64,000 bases of DNA from the NCBI GenBank assembly GCA_001244265.2, contig CDLV01000009.1, forward strand, positions 1,116,001 through 1,180,000, given 5' to 3'. Below, piece by piece: positions 23,955 through 37,031 of this stretch. The notes beneath the pieces were generated by a model, which did no database searches, was not told the DNA's origin, and worked only from the letters and a program-made list of their open reading frames with translations. Both the position numbers and the translations under genes were made by a program. This stretch comes from Microbotryum violaceum. Lineage: Eukaryota. Position 1 is the first letter of the stretch. The number at the start of each line of letters is the position of its first letter.

Positions 23955-24968
23955 ATGGCACCATGGTTAGAAGCGATCCGCTCTCAACTAATCGAGCGCG
24001 ACGAGCGGGAATCCTCTCACCGCACCTTGATCGCGCATTCCCAACGCCTGGCTCAACACGCAGCGATGTTGCATCGGCGGAATCAGGCTCTTTTGAACGC
24101 GAGTTTGGGGCAGAACAGTGGCGGTACGGGCGCAGGGACGGCGGGCGGTCCGGGTGGGACAAGTGGGGGTCAGACCACGTCGGGAGCAGTGGGGGGTACA
24201 GCGGGGACGAATGAGTAAGTCCGAGTGATCGATAACTGGGGGATAGGAATCTCGTTGGGAGGGACTGCTCCCGGTCGTTTGTTGATCGACTGACCCACGA
24301 CCTCGTTCCCGTATGATCTCATCCTTCAGCGCCGTTCGCCAAGCCATGATTACCTCTCTCGAATCCCAACTCGCCTCAACACGGCACGAACTGTCCGAGC
24401 AATACAAAATACAATCTACAAATGCCCAACGGCTACTAAGCTTGACGGACCAGTTGCGCGAGTTTGAGGATAAGGGGAGGGAGGAGAAGGATGAGTTGAG
24501 GAGGTTGAGGACCGAGGTCGAAGGCTTGAGGGATAGGGCAAAGTGGCATAAGGAGGTCGTACAGGAGAAGGAGAGACAACTCGTTGTAGGTTGCTGTATC
24601 GCGACAGTCTACCTTGTCCCAGAAGGTCTAGCATTGGAAAGGCAAAGGAGAAATCTGACAATCCTCGAGTCCTCTCCGCTCTTCACACTCTCAATCAGAT
24701 CCTGCAAGACGACCTCTCGGCGCTCGAACTCGAACTCAACCAAGTCACGAAACAGAACCAAGACCTCAAGACCGACAATGCCGGATTGTTGCAACGGTGG
24801 TTGGAAGCGAAGAACGACGAAGCTCGGCGGATGAACGAACTCTTCTCGACAGAAACCACGCGAGCTAAAGGAATGTCTTCATCGCCGATACCACAACCTA
24901 CATCGGATGAACCTCCACCGGATATTACAGTTTCGACAGAGGCGGAAGAGCCCGCTATAAAGTCATAG
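23955..24968 (+). CDS. ATG16: Autophagy protein Atg16 (coiled coil)
   Basis: N-terminal WLEAIRSQLIERDERE (Atg5-binding-like helix), a long coiled coil and C-terminal ILQDDLSALELELN...DNAGLLQRWLEAKNDEARRMN. Confidence 0.82.
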
Positions 24969-25602
24969 GATTCTCCGTCCGGGTTCAAATGCCGAACTCA
25001 CTCGGAGGAAGGCACCCCCTTCCCTGGCTCCCAGCCATCACTTAGTCACAATCGCATACACTTCGTATGTTAATCGAAGCAGCAGCAATCCTATTCTCCC
25101 ACATCTAAGAGCCTCACTACGCGAGCGTGGCGACGATTTGAGCCAACACGCAGGATACGCGAAAGAATCTGAGTTGGCTCGCGCGTGATTGGTGCCCAAG
25201 TTTCAGGTCGCGCAAGCCTGCCTGGCACATCATTTTCGCCATGGACTCTAGTCGTTTTTCAAAACGCTACCTCAGCCACACCTAGTTTTCAGTGGTAATG
25301 GTTCTTTCTCTCATCAACCTATATGACCTATTTCCTGCCACGGCCACGCGGCAGTTCCACGAACTTGTATTAGTTCTGTGTTTCGGCGACGGCCTTTGCG
25401 GGCGGTCCGCCTCCCGAGCCGATCCGGAATCGGGTCTCTCTTTCAGCACTTCGCAGCGGCAGTACATCCCCTTCGTTCGTCACCACGCTCAATCCCAGCA
25501 AGTGTCTATCATCTTCTCGACCTTTAAAAAGGAGTACTGGACTCCGCTTCCCCCGGCGACCCCGCCAAAGATTCAAGGTCATCCCTGCATACTCCTACGA
25601 TC

Positions 25603-28069
25603 ATGCTCGCCCGACGAGCTCCTTATAGCAGCCATATTGTAAAACTTCACTCGAGAAGAGCGTTCGCAACTCAAGCATCTATTCCCCAAACCTACGTCGA
25701 GAAGATCGTGCAACGCCATGCGGTCGGTCTCCCCGAGGGCAAGGTCGTCAGGGCCGGTGACTATGTCATGATCAAGCCTCAGCACGTGATGACCCATGTC
25801 AGTCTGGTCTAGGGGCGTAGCTTCTGGCTTTGAGATCAAAGATACTGATGCTCCTCCTCCTCCTCACTGATTGCAGGACAACACCGGACCCGTTATCTCA
25901 AAGTACGTCGAGCACTTTGACTCAGATAAAGCCCCGAAACCTCACGTACTGATCGGTCCTCACCCCTTCCGCAGATTCAAATCCATCGGAGCATCCAAGA
26001 TCTCGAACCCTCGTCAAACGGTCTTCACCCTCGATCACGACGTTCAAAATCGCTCCAAAGCGAATCTCGCGAAATACTCCAAAATTGAAAGTTTCGCGGG
26101 CGAGCACGACGTCGATTTTTATCCTGCTGGACGAGGTATTGGGCATCAAATCATGATCGAGGAAGGCTATGCTTTCCCGGGGGTCATGACTGTTGCGAGT
26201 GATAGTCATTCCAACATGTATGGTGGGGTGGGGTGTGTCGGCACCGCCATCGTTCGGTGAGTCCGACGAGGGATCGTGAGGATCGGACCAGACAGGCGAC
26301 TCACTCTTGCAAATCCAATCACGATAGAACGGATGCCGCCGCTCTCTGGGCCACGCAACGTACATGGTGGCAAGTCCCACCAATTGTTCGAGTTAACCTC
26401 GAAGGTGAACTACCGCTCGGCGTCACGGGCAAGGACATCATTATCGCACTCTGCGGCAGCTTCAACAAGGACGAGGTCTTGAACCACGCTATCGAGTTCG
26501 GTGGCAGTGGTGTCGCGCAACTCAGCGTCGACGAACGTCTCGCCATCTCCAACATGACGACCGAATGGGGTGCACTCGTCGGTGTCTTCCCCGTCGACAG
26601 CGTCTTGCAAAAGTGGTACGATGGACAACTCAAAAAAGCCGAGTTGCGCAAGTTCCAATTTGCGGGCAAATCCTCCTCCGTCCCTACGGTTGACCACCCT
26701 CGGTTGACCGAGAAGCGCCTCGCGGAAGTGTTTGCGAACCCAATCAAAGCCGATGAAGGAGCGACCTACACCAAGACGCTCACTCTCCACCTCCCTACGC
26801 TCTCCCCTTCTGTCGCTGGCCCCAACTCGGTCAAAGTCGCGACGCCTTTACCGACGCTCGAAGAACAAAAGATCAAGATCAACAAGGCGTATTTGGTCAG
26901 CTGCACCAACTCGCGCGCATCGGATCTCCAACGCGCGGCCGAGGTGATGAAGGGGAAGAAGCTCGCACCGGGGGTCGAGTTCTACATCGCCGCTGCATCG
27001 TCGGTCGTGCAGCAGGAATCCGAAGCGGCGGGGGATTGGGCCGCGCTCGTAGCGGCAGGTGCAAAGGTCCTCCCAGCAGGCTGCGGACCTTGCATTGGAT
27101 TAGGAACGGGCTTGCTCGAGGATGGTGAGGTCGGTATCTCGGCTACGAACCGAAACTACAAGGGTCGAATGGGGTCACCGAAGGCGCTCGCGTACCTGGC
27201 TTCACCCGAAGTCGTCGCAGCCAGTGCGATAGCAGGACACATCTGCGGACCCCGAATCGAAGGCGCTACACCGTCGAAGAATGAACCCAAAATTGACCTC
27301 GTGATTCACACTTCTGCTGCCTCTCCTGCTGCTTCGGAAGGCCCCGCCGCTGCCGAACCGCTCTTGCCTTCATTCCCCCCCTTGTTCTCCGGCCCATTGA
27401 TCTTTGCGCCTCAAGACAATCTCAACACGGATGGTATCTACCCCGGTAAATACACGTACCAGGACGACATCACACTCGAGAAGCAAGCCGAAGTCGTGAT
27501 GGAGAATTACGATGTCGATTTCGCCTCCCTCATGGCACGGATTCGATCACCCGCTTCCGAGACCCGTTCCAAAGGTCGGGGCGTCGTACTCGCGAGTGGC
27601 TACAACTTTGGCACCGGATCGTCTCGAGAACAAGCTGCGACGGCGTTGTTGTCCTCCGGGGTACCTTTGGTTTTGTGTGGCTCATTCGGGGACATTTTTA
27701 AACGCAACTCGATCAATAACGCCTTGATCTGCGTCGAATGCCCTGAATTGATCGAGGATTTGACGAGGGATTTCGGGAAAGATGGGAAGAGGAATGCAGG
27801 AGGGAAGGATGGGAAAGGGACGGTCGAGACGGAGTATTGGGTTGAAGTGGGGAGTGGGGATGGGAAAGTGACGGTGAAGGATAAGGAAGGGGGGATGGTG
27901 ATTAAGGAGTACAAGGTCGGGACAGTCGGCACGAGCGTGCAGGAGTTGTGGTTGGGTGAGTCGTGGGTGTCGTGGAGTTGCTGGACTTGATCGGCGTGCT
28001 GATGATTTTTTGGGTGATCTTTCGCGAACAGCCGGCGGTCTCGAGGGGTGGGTGCGCGAGAGGATCTGA
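25603..28069 (+). CDS. LYS4: Homoaconitase, mitochondrial
   Basis: [69 protein letters not shown] and [12 protein letters not shown]. Confidence 0.95.
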
Positions 28070-28385
28070 TTGGATTAGCTTGGGGTTGCTATTCAGCAAT
28101 TGCAGTCAAGACTCTGTACATCACCTTGACCCTCGCTGATGATTCGTTTGCTAAATCTGCTGCCGTCCAAAGTCGGCCTGGGGCCTGGGAAGTTTTTATT
28201 TTGTAGGCTCGGTCTAGGAGGATGGCCTGAAGAGGAGCTTATTATAGCTCTACCCCACGGCCGAATCCGATTTCGCTCTCTGCTCGGCGCGGCATCGCAT
28301 CTACACTCGATCATCTCGGCGGTGGCAGCGTTAGCTCCTCTCCTCTAACACCTCTGCTTGAACGAGATATACCCGCGAAGTCCCA

Positions 28386-31087
28386 ATGCTCCCTCTGCGA
28401 CGCTCGTGCCGTTCCTTCGCAACCACGCCGCTGCGGTCGTACCCCATCGCCGAACCCACCACCACGACCCACTCCGCGACGGCCACCACTCGATCGGAGG
28501 AACATATCGAGCATCCCAAGAACTACAAACCGCTTTACACGCATTTGAGGGGAAGGGCGTTGCTTAACGAGCCTAGTCTGAATAAGGTACGCACTGGACC
28601 CTGCGCTGATTGGCGGCGGTGGACAGTGATGTGGGATCGATAAGTCGACTGGCAGGCAGCTCAAAGCTGATCAGTCGTTGTACGATCCCCGATCGGACAG
28701 GGAGCTGCGTTCTCCAAGGAGGAACGAGAGGTGTTTGGATTGAATGGCCTATTGCCGTGAGTCAGATACACCCGCGCCATTGAGTGTTACCGTTAAAGAA
28801 GGTCGCACGTGGGGACGAGCTGTGGTTGAGGCGGGCGAAGTGGGGCTTCAAAACGTGGGGGATCATCGATCATCCGAGCGGAGCAGCGCGTAGTCGGCGC
28901 AGGCAACCTGGACGCAGAATTATTCGCTTGTAGAAAGCTGACATGCGGTTTCTTTCGCTCCATAGAGCCCAAGTGCACGATCTCGACATGCAGTGCCAAC
29001 GAGCCTACGGTCAACTGAAGGCACGAACGACCCCATTGTCGAAATACACCTTCCTGACTTCGTTGCGCGAGCAGAATCAAGTGCTATTCTACAATTTTGT
29101 CTTGAAACACTTGGACGAGTGTCTACCAGGTATGAAAGAACTCCCAGACATCGCTGCTCTAGGGCGGCTGAACCTGAAATTTTTGTTTGGGCGTCTGTTG
29201 TCGTTGGGGTAAAATTTCTATTTTTGTACTTTTATTAACCAAGTCATTTACACGCCTACCGTCGGCGAGGCAAGTCCAGTCCTCAGAAGCTGGATCAAAC
29301 ATCGTTCTGACTCGATCCGGTCTCCTTTCCCCACAGGCGATTCAAAAGTACTCTACCATTTGGCGCCGATCCGAGGGTCTCTTCATTACCGAGGAACACT
29401 TTGACCGAATGCGCGAGATCATGATCACCAATCGATTGCCCAAGAACGTCGACCTCATTGTCGTCACTGACTCGGAAGGCATTCTGGGTATTGGTGATCA
29501 GGGTGTAGGAGGTGGGATATGCTCATCCACTGTGCAAGCTCGGAACACGGTCTGACCTCTCTCCCTCGATGGTCGCCTCGACGCGCAGGTGTACTTATCA
29601 CAATCGGAAAGGGCAATATCTACACCCTCGGAGCAGGCATCAAGCCCGCCCGAATCCTCAGCGTCGTACTCGACGTAGGCACCAACAATCAAGACCTTCT
29701 CAAGGATCCGCTCTACCTCGGCGTCAAGTCGCCCAGGTTGACAGGGGAACGATACGATCGCGTCGTCGATAAGTTCTGCAATGTCGTTCGGGAGTCGTAC
29801 CCGGATGCGTTCTTGCACTTTGAGGACTTTGGGACGAGGAATGCGGGCAGAATTCTACAAAAGTATAGACCTAAGCAGTCCTGCTTCAACGACGACATGG
29901 TGAGGCTTCTGATCGCACCGTAAGGATTGATCAAATTGCATGCTCACCGCGCAACGGCTACATTTCACAGCAAGGAACGGCAGCCGTTGTTCTCGCTGCG
30001 CTCATGTCCGCATCCAAAGTCAACGCCATAGCCCTCAAAGATCAGCGAATTTGTGTATTTGGTTTTGGTACAGCTGGATTAGGTATCGCCGATGGTATCC
30101 GAAACGCTTTGATGATTGAAGAGGGTCTTTCGCCAGAAGAGGCGAACAAACGGTTTTGGTCAGTGCACGACCCCCGGCTGCTGCGCAGTAGAGGCGATCG
30201 CCGCTAACCTACCTGCTAGACGCGTATCGATCCTAGGGTCCTTGATCGACCTGGACTTCTCACTACTGGCGTTTCGAAAGACCATATCCGATCCGGACAA
30301 GAACTCTACCTTCGAGACGAGTCCGAAGTGGAAGGCTGGGCGAAGGATGCGCACTCGGGTATCTCGCTGCTCGAAGTGGTCAAGCAAGCCAAGCCGACGG
30401 TTTTGATCGGCTGCAGTGGCATGTCCAACGCATTCACGGAAGAGGTGCGTTCGATGGCACGTTTCAGGGGCCTTGAGCCTGACCTGATATGGCCCAATTC
30501 TATGGCACAGATCGTACGAGAAATGTCAAAGAACTGCGATCGACCTTGCATCTTTCCCTTGAGCAATCCCACGCATCTTGCCGAAGCCAACCCAAGTAAG
30601 TACTGTGGTCGGGTCCATACTCGACTTCTGCTTGCTTAACCCATGGAAACTCACCTCAGGCGATCTCAACGAATGGTCCAACGGACGCGCATTGATCGCG
30701 ACCGGTTCCCCTTTCCCGCTCGTCAAGAACGTCGCCGATGGCAAGATGTACAAAACCGCCGAATCGAACAACGCGCTCGTATACCCCGGATTGGCTCTCG
30801 GCGTCATCCTATCCAAAGCTTCAGCCCTAACCGACTCGATGATCACAGCTGGTGTCACGGCTCTCGCTGAACTCGCACCGGCTTTGAACAACCCGAATGA
30901 GAGCCTGTTACCGCCTTTGAAGGACTTGCGTTCGGTGTCGGTCAAGATCGCTACAGCTGTGGCGAACCAAGCGAGGGCGGAAAGATTGGCCAAGACGCAT
31001 ACCGATCGGGATTGGACGGAGGAGGAGTGTCGGTTGAAGCAGTGGGATCCGGTTTATCGTCCATTGGAATTAGTGGATAACGCTTGA
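28386..31087 (+). CDS. MAE1: NAD(P)-dependent malic enzyme, probably mitochondrial
   Basis: IYTPTVGEAIQ, VTDSEGILGIGDQG, LDVGTNN, HFEDFG, FNDDMQGT, FGFGTAGLGIA, FPLSNP and ESNNALVYPGLALG, with an Arg-rich presequence. Confidence 0.93.
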
Positions 31088-31214
31088 GCGTTCGGTCGAG
31101 CAGTCGTACTCACTTAGAAGACTTTTTCGGAATAGATCTGCGCTTCCTATAGCTTCATTAGATGTGACTGCGTTGTTATTACAAAGTGCATGTCTGTGCA
31201 TGCTACTGAAGGTC

Positions 31215-33189
31215 TCATACAGTGATAGCGTTAATCGCGACGGCCCTCTTATTCCCCTGCTGACTCGAAGCAAACACCATATCCAACGCTCCCCTAACAG
31301 CTATCAGCTCCCTCTGGAATTTGAGTTCCTCGTCGACTTTCCGCCTCAAACGATTGAACAAACCATCTACGAGTGGGGACAACCCGAGTGTCGGGGTATA
31401 GATTTCGATGAGAGCGTTGGCGACGTCGGAAGCGAGGATGCAATGGCGAGGGTTGGTAATGTGTTGGACGAGGAACTTGAGGATCGGTTCGAGGGAGAGG
31501 TCGTTGCGGTTCGCTAGGGCGATCGTCAGACCATCTCGGTGGATCAACTCTTCCAACAATGCAAATGTTGTGGGTGTTGTGATACCCTGCGGCATCAAAT
31601 CCAAAAACGAGATCAGTAAATCGCCAAGGCGCCTGACATGTTCCGTCCTCTGCACTCACCTTGCGCAACACCGAATCCAACGCATCCCCATACCTGAAAT
31701 TCTTCAACATGCGATCCCACTCCATCAACTTCTTCTTCCTATCCTTGCCCATCTTCTGCTCCCCTTCGAACGCCCCCATCCCTTCCATCGCTTCCTTGCC
31801 TTCGTAAACGACCCCACCTGCTGCGGCACCGGCTAGGAGAGCGTCGTATGAGGGGGGTTTGAACTCGGTTGGTAAACCGGCTTTTTTGGAGGCGACGCGT
31901 GTTCGGATTGAGAGGGACCCGTCGGAGAGACCGGCGACCAAGTGGGACGAATTCGGCTGCGTAGGGTCAAGAGTCATCAACGGAACGTCAGCTACCTGAT
32001 AGCACATAACCACCGCAAATGGTAGAATGCGAAACTCACCGAAACGGCCAAGCTCATGACCTGCCCGCCGTACCTCATCGTATGCCGCACCTTCCAATTA
32101 TTCTGCGGATCATAAACCTTGACCAACCCATCCAACGCGCCACTCAACACACGCTTCTCCCCATTCTCCGCCTCGGCCCAACACAACGAAGTGATTGATT
32201 TCTGATGGTTACTCAACGCTCTGACGCAATAACTTGTCCCGGTGTCCAAGCGTTCGTCATCTTCGTATTCGGGCGCTTCGTCCCCCGTATGGTCGACGGT
32301 CGTGATGCTGCTTGTTGTCGCTCCGAGCAGGTCCCAGATTCGAAGGATCGGTCCCCCGGCCGAACAGGCCAATGTACCGTTATCGCCAACCAATACCTCG
32401 TCGACGGGTTTACCATGCTTGCCCAACCACACCTGCCCATCCCGTTCAGCCTGCCTCGAGTCCCACAAGCGCACCGTACCATCGTAAGCTCCCGAAAAGA
32501 CGAGCGACGGCGACGAAGGCACGAAGGACGCGCAGCGCACATAGTCGGTGTGACGGGGGTATATGCGTACGTTCGCTGAGGTGGAGAGGTCGAATAGCCG
32601 TACGGTCGTGTCGGACGAAGTGGTGAGGATCTGCGTTCCGGATCCGGGGGAGAATTTGGTGGTGTGCACGGTTCTGATGGGGAAGCAGCAAGTCAATCAG
32701 CAGGCCGTGTGTAGGTTGGTAAGATGTGATGTCTTTTACTGACTGCTTGTGGGCCTTGATGGTCCTGAGGATAGCCCTCGAGTTGATATCAAAGACCTGC
32801 ACAGCTCCCGAATGATCTCCGGCAACGCAGAGTTTGCCATCATGACGAATCTCTCCACTGGTGGCGGTTTCCTTGAAACGAGCGATCGTCTTGACGACGC
32901 GGTTCGTCTTGGGGGAGTAGATTTGTAGACGAGATCCCGAGGTGACGATGTAGCGATGCGGCGACGAGGGCGAGAATTGGACGTGGGTCACGGGCGCGTA
33001 AGACTTGATAAAGATGGGCGACTGTGGGAGGCGCACAACGAGATTGGATTAGCGCTCGAGTTGACCGAGTACATAAAAGCTCCAGTAAAGCACCTTGTAG
33101 GATTTCCAGTACACGGACTCGGACTTTTGCTCGCTCTCGATCGAGGTCCGAGGCGGTTTGGGCACAACCAATCGCGAGAACTCGGCCAT
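31215..33189 (-). CDS. UTP15: U3 snoRNA-associated WD40 protein Utp15
   Basis: Starts MAEFSRLVVPK...YWKSYK. WD repeats (VQVFDINSRAILRT, HTDYVR, SGAYDGTVRLWD, NHQKSITSL) and a Utp15 C-terminal domain (LKNFRYGDALDSVL; LLEELIHRDGL). Confidence 0.9.
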
Positions 33190-33410
33190 GGTTGGGGCGC
33201 AAGAGGTACGCTGAGGGTGTGTACCCAGTCCTGGTTCTGCTGTGCTGCTTCAATACGTGATGTGATGCGAAATGAGACCACGCGCCGAGTGGGGGTGGGT
33301 ATGGGTCGTCGGAGAGCTGCGGCGTGAGCTCGAGCTTGGATCGGCCTTCGCAGCCGTCGCAGCCCGTCGCCGGTTGGGCCGGTTGGGACTTCGCAACGAC
33401 GAGGCGCGCG

Positions 33411-33440
33411 TAGTTGTAATCGGTTGCAATCAGTTGTAAT
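33411..33440. repeat. Three imperfect 10-bp direct repeats in the UTP15/RIX1 divergent promoter
   Basis: tagttgtaat cggttgcaat cagttgtaat. Confidence 0.7.
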
Positions 33441-33543
33441 CGCGAATTGGAACTGAACTGACCGGCACCGGCATCCGACGCCGTACTAGTAGTAGCTCTT
33501 GCTCAGCTCCCTTCCCATCGTCGGCTTTCCCCGATCCTCGACC

Positions 33544-36247
33544 ATGGACACGATCAACCACATCTTGGCCCATCAGCTCGCTCATAATGACCAGATCCTC
33601 GCCAACCATCGCCATGTGACCGACACGCTCACCCGCCAGCGCGCCGTCATCCTCTGCGAAGCTCAGGACGGTCAGGATGGGCCCGTCATGCATAGGTCAG
33701 TCCAGCGCAAGGCCACACCGTACCGGACAGAACACAACCAGAGCGATAATCTATCGGTTCGATCTCCTGGTGACAGATGGAATCTGCGAATGGCATCCCT
33801 GATCGCGCCTTCGACGAGCTCACCGATCCGAGCCATCGCCTTTGAGCTACTGCAGCTCACCTACACCGCCTCGACCGCATCCATGCTCCATCAGGGCAAG
33901 CATTGCCTCGCCATAGCGCTCAACATCCTCGCGTCCCCCAAATCGGACCATGCGCTCTTTGTCGCCGCGCTCGGACTCGTCCAGCTCGTGCTCGCCAAGA
34001 GCCAGTGGCATCCCGAGTGGGCCAGGGATGTAGTCGGAGCACCGGTTGTACAACGTACCCTCAATGCTCTCGTCGCCGCCGCATCAAATCAACTCCATCC
34101 AATCGTGAGTGGCAGGCAGCAGAGCGAGGCGCGCGCGCTCGGATACGAAGATTTTTCGATCTTGTTCTTGAACCCTAACAACCCTCGATCTCGTTCTCCG
34201 TTCACAGATCGCGATCGCATCCCTCGAAGCCATCATCACCCTTATCCCGCTCTTCCCGACCGCACTGAGACCCGTCGCACCCTCGATCCATTCGCTCGCC
34301 ATCGACTGCATCGACAGCCCCTCCGAGCTTGTGCCCCTCGGCTCCCAGCTCTTTGCCTCGCTCTACCTCCTCGCGCCCAAGGGCCGTGAAGGGTTGCGCG
34401 AAGCTTGGCGAAAATCGGTCGACTCTCTGGTCGGGACGATAGATGCTCTGATTCCTTCTGTCACGTCGGACATTTTCGCCGAAGACGAGGCCAGGCTAAA
34501 CCACACCCTTCCCTCGTTGGCTCTCCCTCCTCTCGCTTCGTCGTCGTCGTCTTCCTCCTCAACACCGCTCGTCACCCTCGACCGAATCGAAATCCTCGCC
34601 GAGGTCCTCCGAACCGTCCTCCGTACCCCTACAACGGACCGAGTCGGCTCCGTCCCCATCCCTTTGGGGGCGCTGTGTGAACTCTCGGTCCGACTCTTGT
34701 CCCTGCACGCCGAAACGCCCGTCAAGGAACGCATCGACCCGACCTTAGTCCAATCCGTCAATTCTTACCTGCCTCGCCTTCAACTTGTCGGCGCGCAATT
34801 GGTGGCTCAAACCGCAGCCTGCGTCGGTATTCGTCTGGCCCCTCATTCACATGAGATCCTCACGACCGTCGTCTCAACCTTGGCTACTTATGCGCCTCGT
34901 TCACCCATGAGGGCGATGCTGACCTCGACGTTTTCGGTGCTCTTGCAACACCTTGGTGCTTCGATCGATCCAGAGGAAGGCAAACGCTCGTTGGCGAGGG
35001 TGTGGCGAGTCGTCTTGGAGGATATTGGGGCTGTCGCTGTTGAACCTACGTTGGTGACTTTGAACAAGGATGGGGATGTCGTCAAGAACGGGACGCCGAA
35101 CACCGCGAATGGCGGTAGGAAGAACAAGAAGCAGAGGACGTATGACCCGAGTGAGGCGTTAGCACTGAGTGGGAAGCGTCCTCATCTCGATGGAATGGAT
35201 TTGGAAATCGCTTTGCAGTCTCTGAACAGTAAGTCACCGGCTTCCGATGCGCACCTTGCCATGCTCTTGCTGATTCCATGCTTCCTCTGCGCAGCCCTGA
35301 ATGAGCTCCTTTCCCACCCCCACTCGCACTTCCTCCCCCCCAAGCTCCAACTATCAACCTCTCGCCTCCTCCTCTACATCCTCCTAACCTACTCCTCCGT
35401 CACTTCTACCTCCTTCCCTTCAACCCCATCAACCCTACCCCTCTACTCTTCCTCCTTCAAAACCGTCTCCAACACCCTCGAATTGGCCTTCCAATCCCCC
35501 GACTTCATCCCCTCCACTCTTACCTGTCTCCTGACCTTTCTCCGAACGACCCAAGGCGGCGGTGCACAAGGCACGATCGATCTAGCGAGCTTGATCCTCG
35601 CTCAATTCATCCGAGCCGGTTCCTCGACCGATGATCGGATCGTAGCCTTAGCGAGACAAGGTTTGGCTTGGCTTGATGGGGTGACCCATCCTTTGTTACC
35701 TCCTACGAGGACCGATACGAGGTTCGTTCGAAGGGTTAGAGAAGAGAGGGGTGGGGATGTGGGGGATGTGCATGAGGAGGTTGTTAGAGGTGTGGAGGAG
35801 TTTGGGTTGAAGATACCTGTTGAGGGAGGGGAGGGGGATGAGATGGAGGAGGAAGGGGAAGAGGAGGAAGAGGTTAGGTTGAGGAGGGAGGAGAAGAGGA
35901 GGCTTCAGAAGGAGAGGATCGAGGAGGAGGAGAGGCAGAGGGTCGAGAAGAGGAAGATGGAGGCGGCGAGGCCAAAAGACCCGATCTTCTCGACCAAGGC
36001 GTTTGGGTTCAATTCGTTGAGCACTGCGGGCGAGGGAACGACGACAACAACGATGATGACGGTCGCGACGACGATGGTCCAGCAGGATGTGGAAGAGGAG
36101 GAGATGCATGTCGACTCGACACCTGCACTCGTGTCGGCCACGATCGCGAGTGTCAGACATGGGAGCGACAACGATGGCGACGACGGTGATTCGAGTGATG
36201 ATGATGGCGCGATGCCGACGATCAACATGGAGTCGGATGATGAGTAA
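33544..36247 (+). CDS. RIX1: Pre-rRNA processing protein Rix1/PELP1-like
   Basis: Helical N-terminal region with HRWNLRMASL, PEWARDVV and IPLFPTALRP, a later HPLLPP, and an acidic tail ending MPTINMESDDE. These resemble fungal Rix1. Confidence 0.75.
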
Positions 36248-36396
36248 CTCAATCCATTGGAAATGCAATGCATGACGAATTTAACAAAGAAACTCCTTCT
36301 TTGGGGATATTGGGGATTTGAATTGATTCATTTCCATACATCATGTGAATATGTACAAAAGCCGAGCGCGGCCAAGGCTTTCAGGAGCATGTTCGT

Positions 36397-37031
36397 TTAA
36401 AGGGGCTTCTTTTCGGCCTCGGCGCTGTCAACGGAGCAAGCCAAAGAGGAACGACAATGGTGAGCACGCAGAAAGAAAAGCAATCTGACCTGAAGTTGAC
36501 AACAACTCACGCAGCCTTGTCGAGACCCGACTTGACGTCGGCGTAGGCCTTACTCGCGTTCTTTTCGATCTCACTTCCGCCCTTCTTAGCCTCGGCTTGA
36601 GCGTTACCGAAGGCCTGTGCGAATCAAGTAGTAAGGTACGATGAGCTCCGACTTCATTAAAAAAAATTAAAGAATTAGTGCACTCACGCTTTTGAGCGTG
36701 TCCGTAATGGGCGAAGTACTATCCTTGACCGCATCCGTAGCCTTCTCACCTCCCTCAACTGCCCCAAGCGCAGCGTCACTAACGACCCTGTTGACCTTCG
36801 CAGCAGCGTCCTTGACCGAATCCGTCAACGTCTTGGAGAGGTAAGCCGAACCGACGAAGTTGCGTTGTTGGGTGCGGAAGACGGTGCGGAGAGTGGTAGG
36901 GGCTGAGCGACGGAGGGCAAACCTGTGAAGTGAGGTGACGTCGTCATCGGAGTGGGGCGGTGGACGAGATGAGGGGGCATCAGCTGGTCTGTCAAGAGCT
37001 CCTGCGGAGGATCAGCAACATGAACTGACAT
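36397..37031 (-). CDS. Small mitochondrial LEA-like hydrophilic protein (absent from the ORF track)
   Basis: AT|G split by intron 37029-36923 gives MFALRRSAPTTLRTVFRTQQRNFVGSAYLSKTLTDSVKDAAAKVNRVVSDAALGAVEGGEKATDAVKDSTSPITDTLKS|AFGNAQAEAKKGGSEIEKNASKAYADVKSGLDKAA|AEAEKKPL*. All three introns are GT-AG and in phase. Confidence 0.78.

Noticed and set aside
24975-25000. GGGTTCAAAT B-box/T-loop-like motif after ATG16
   Set aside because: No cloverleaf stems or A-box could be built around it, so it is not called a tRNA.
25603-31087. LYS4 and malic enzyme as a metabolic gene cluster
   Set aside because: Only two adjacent mitochondrial enzymes from different pathways, with no further pathway genes nearby.
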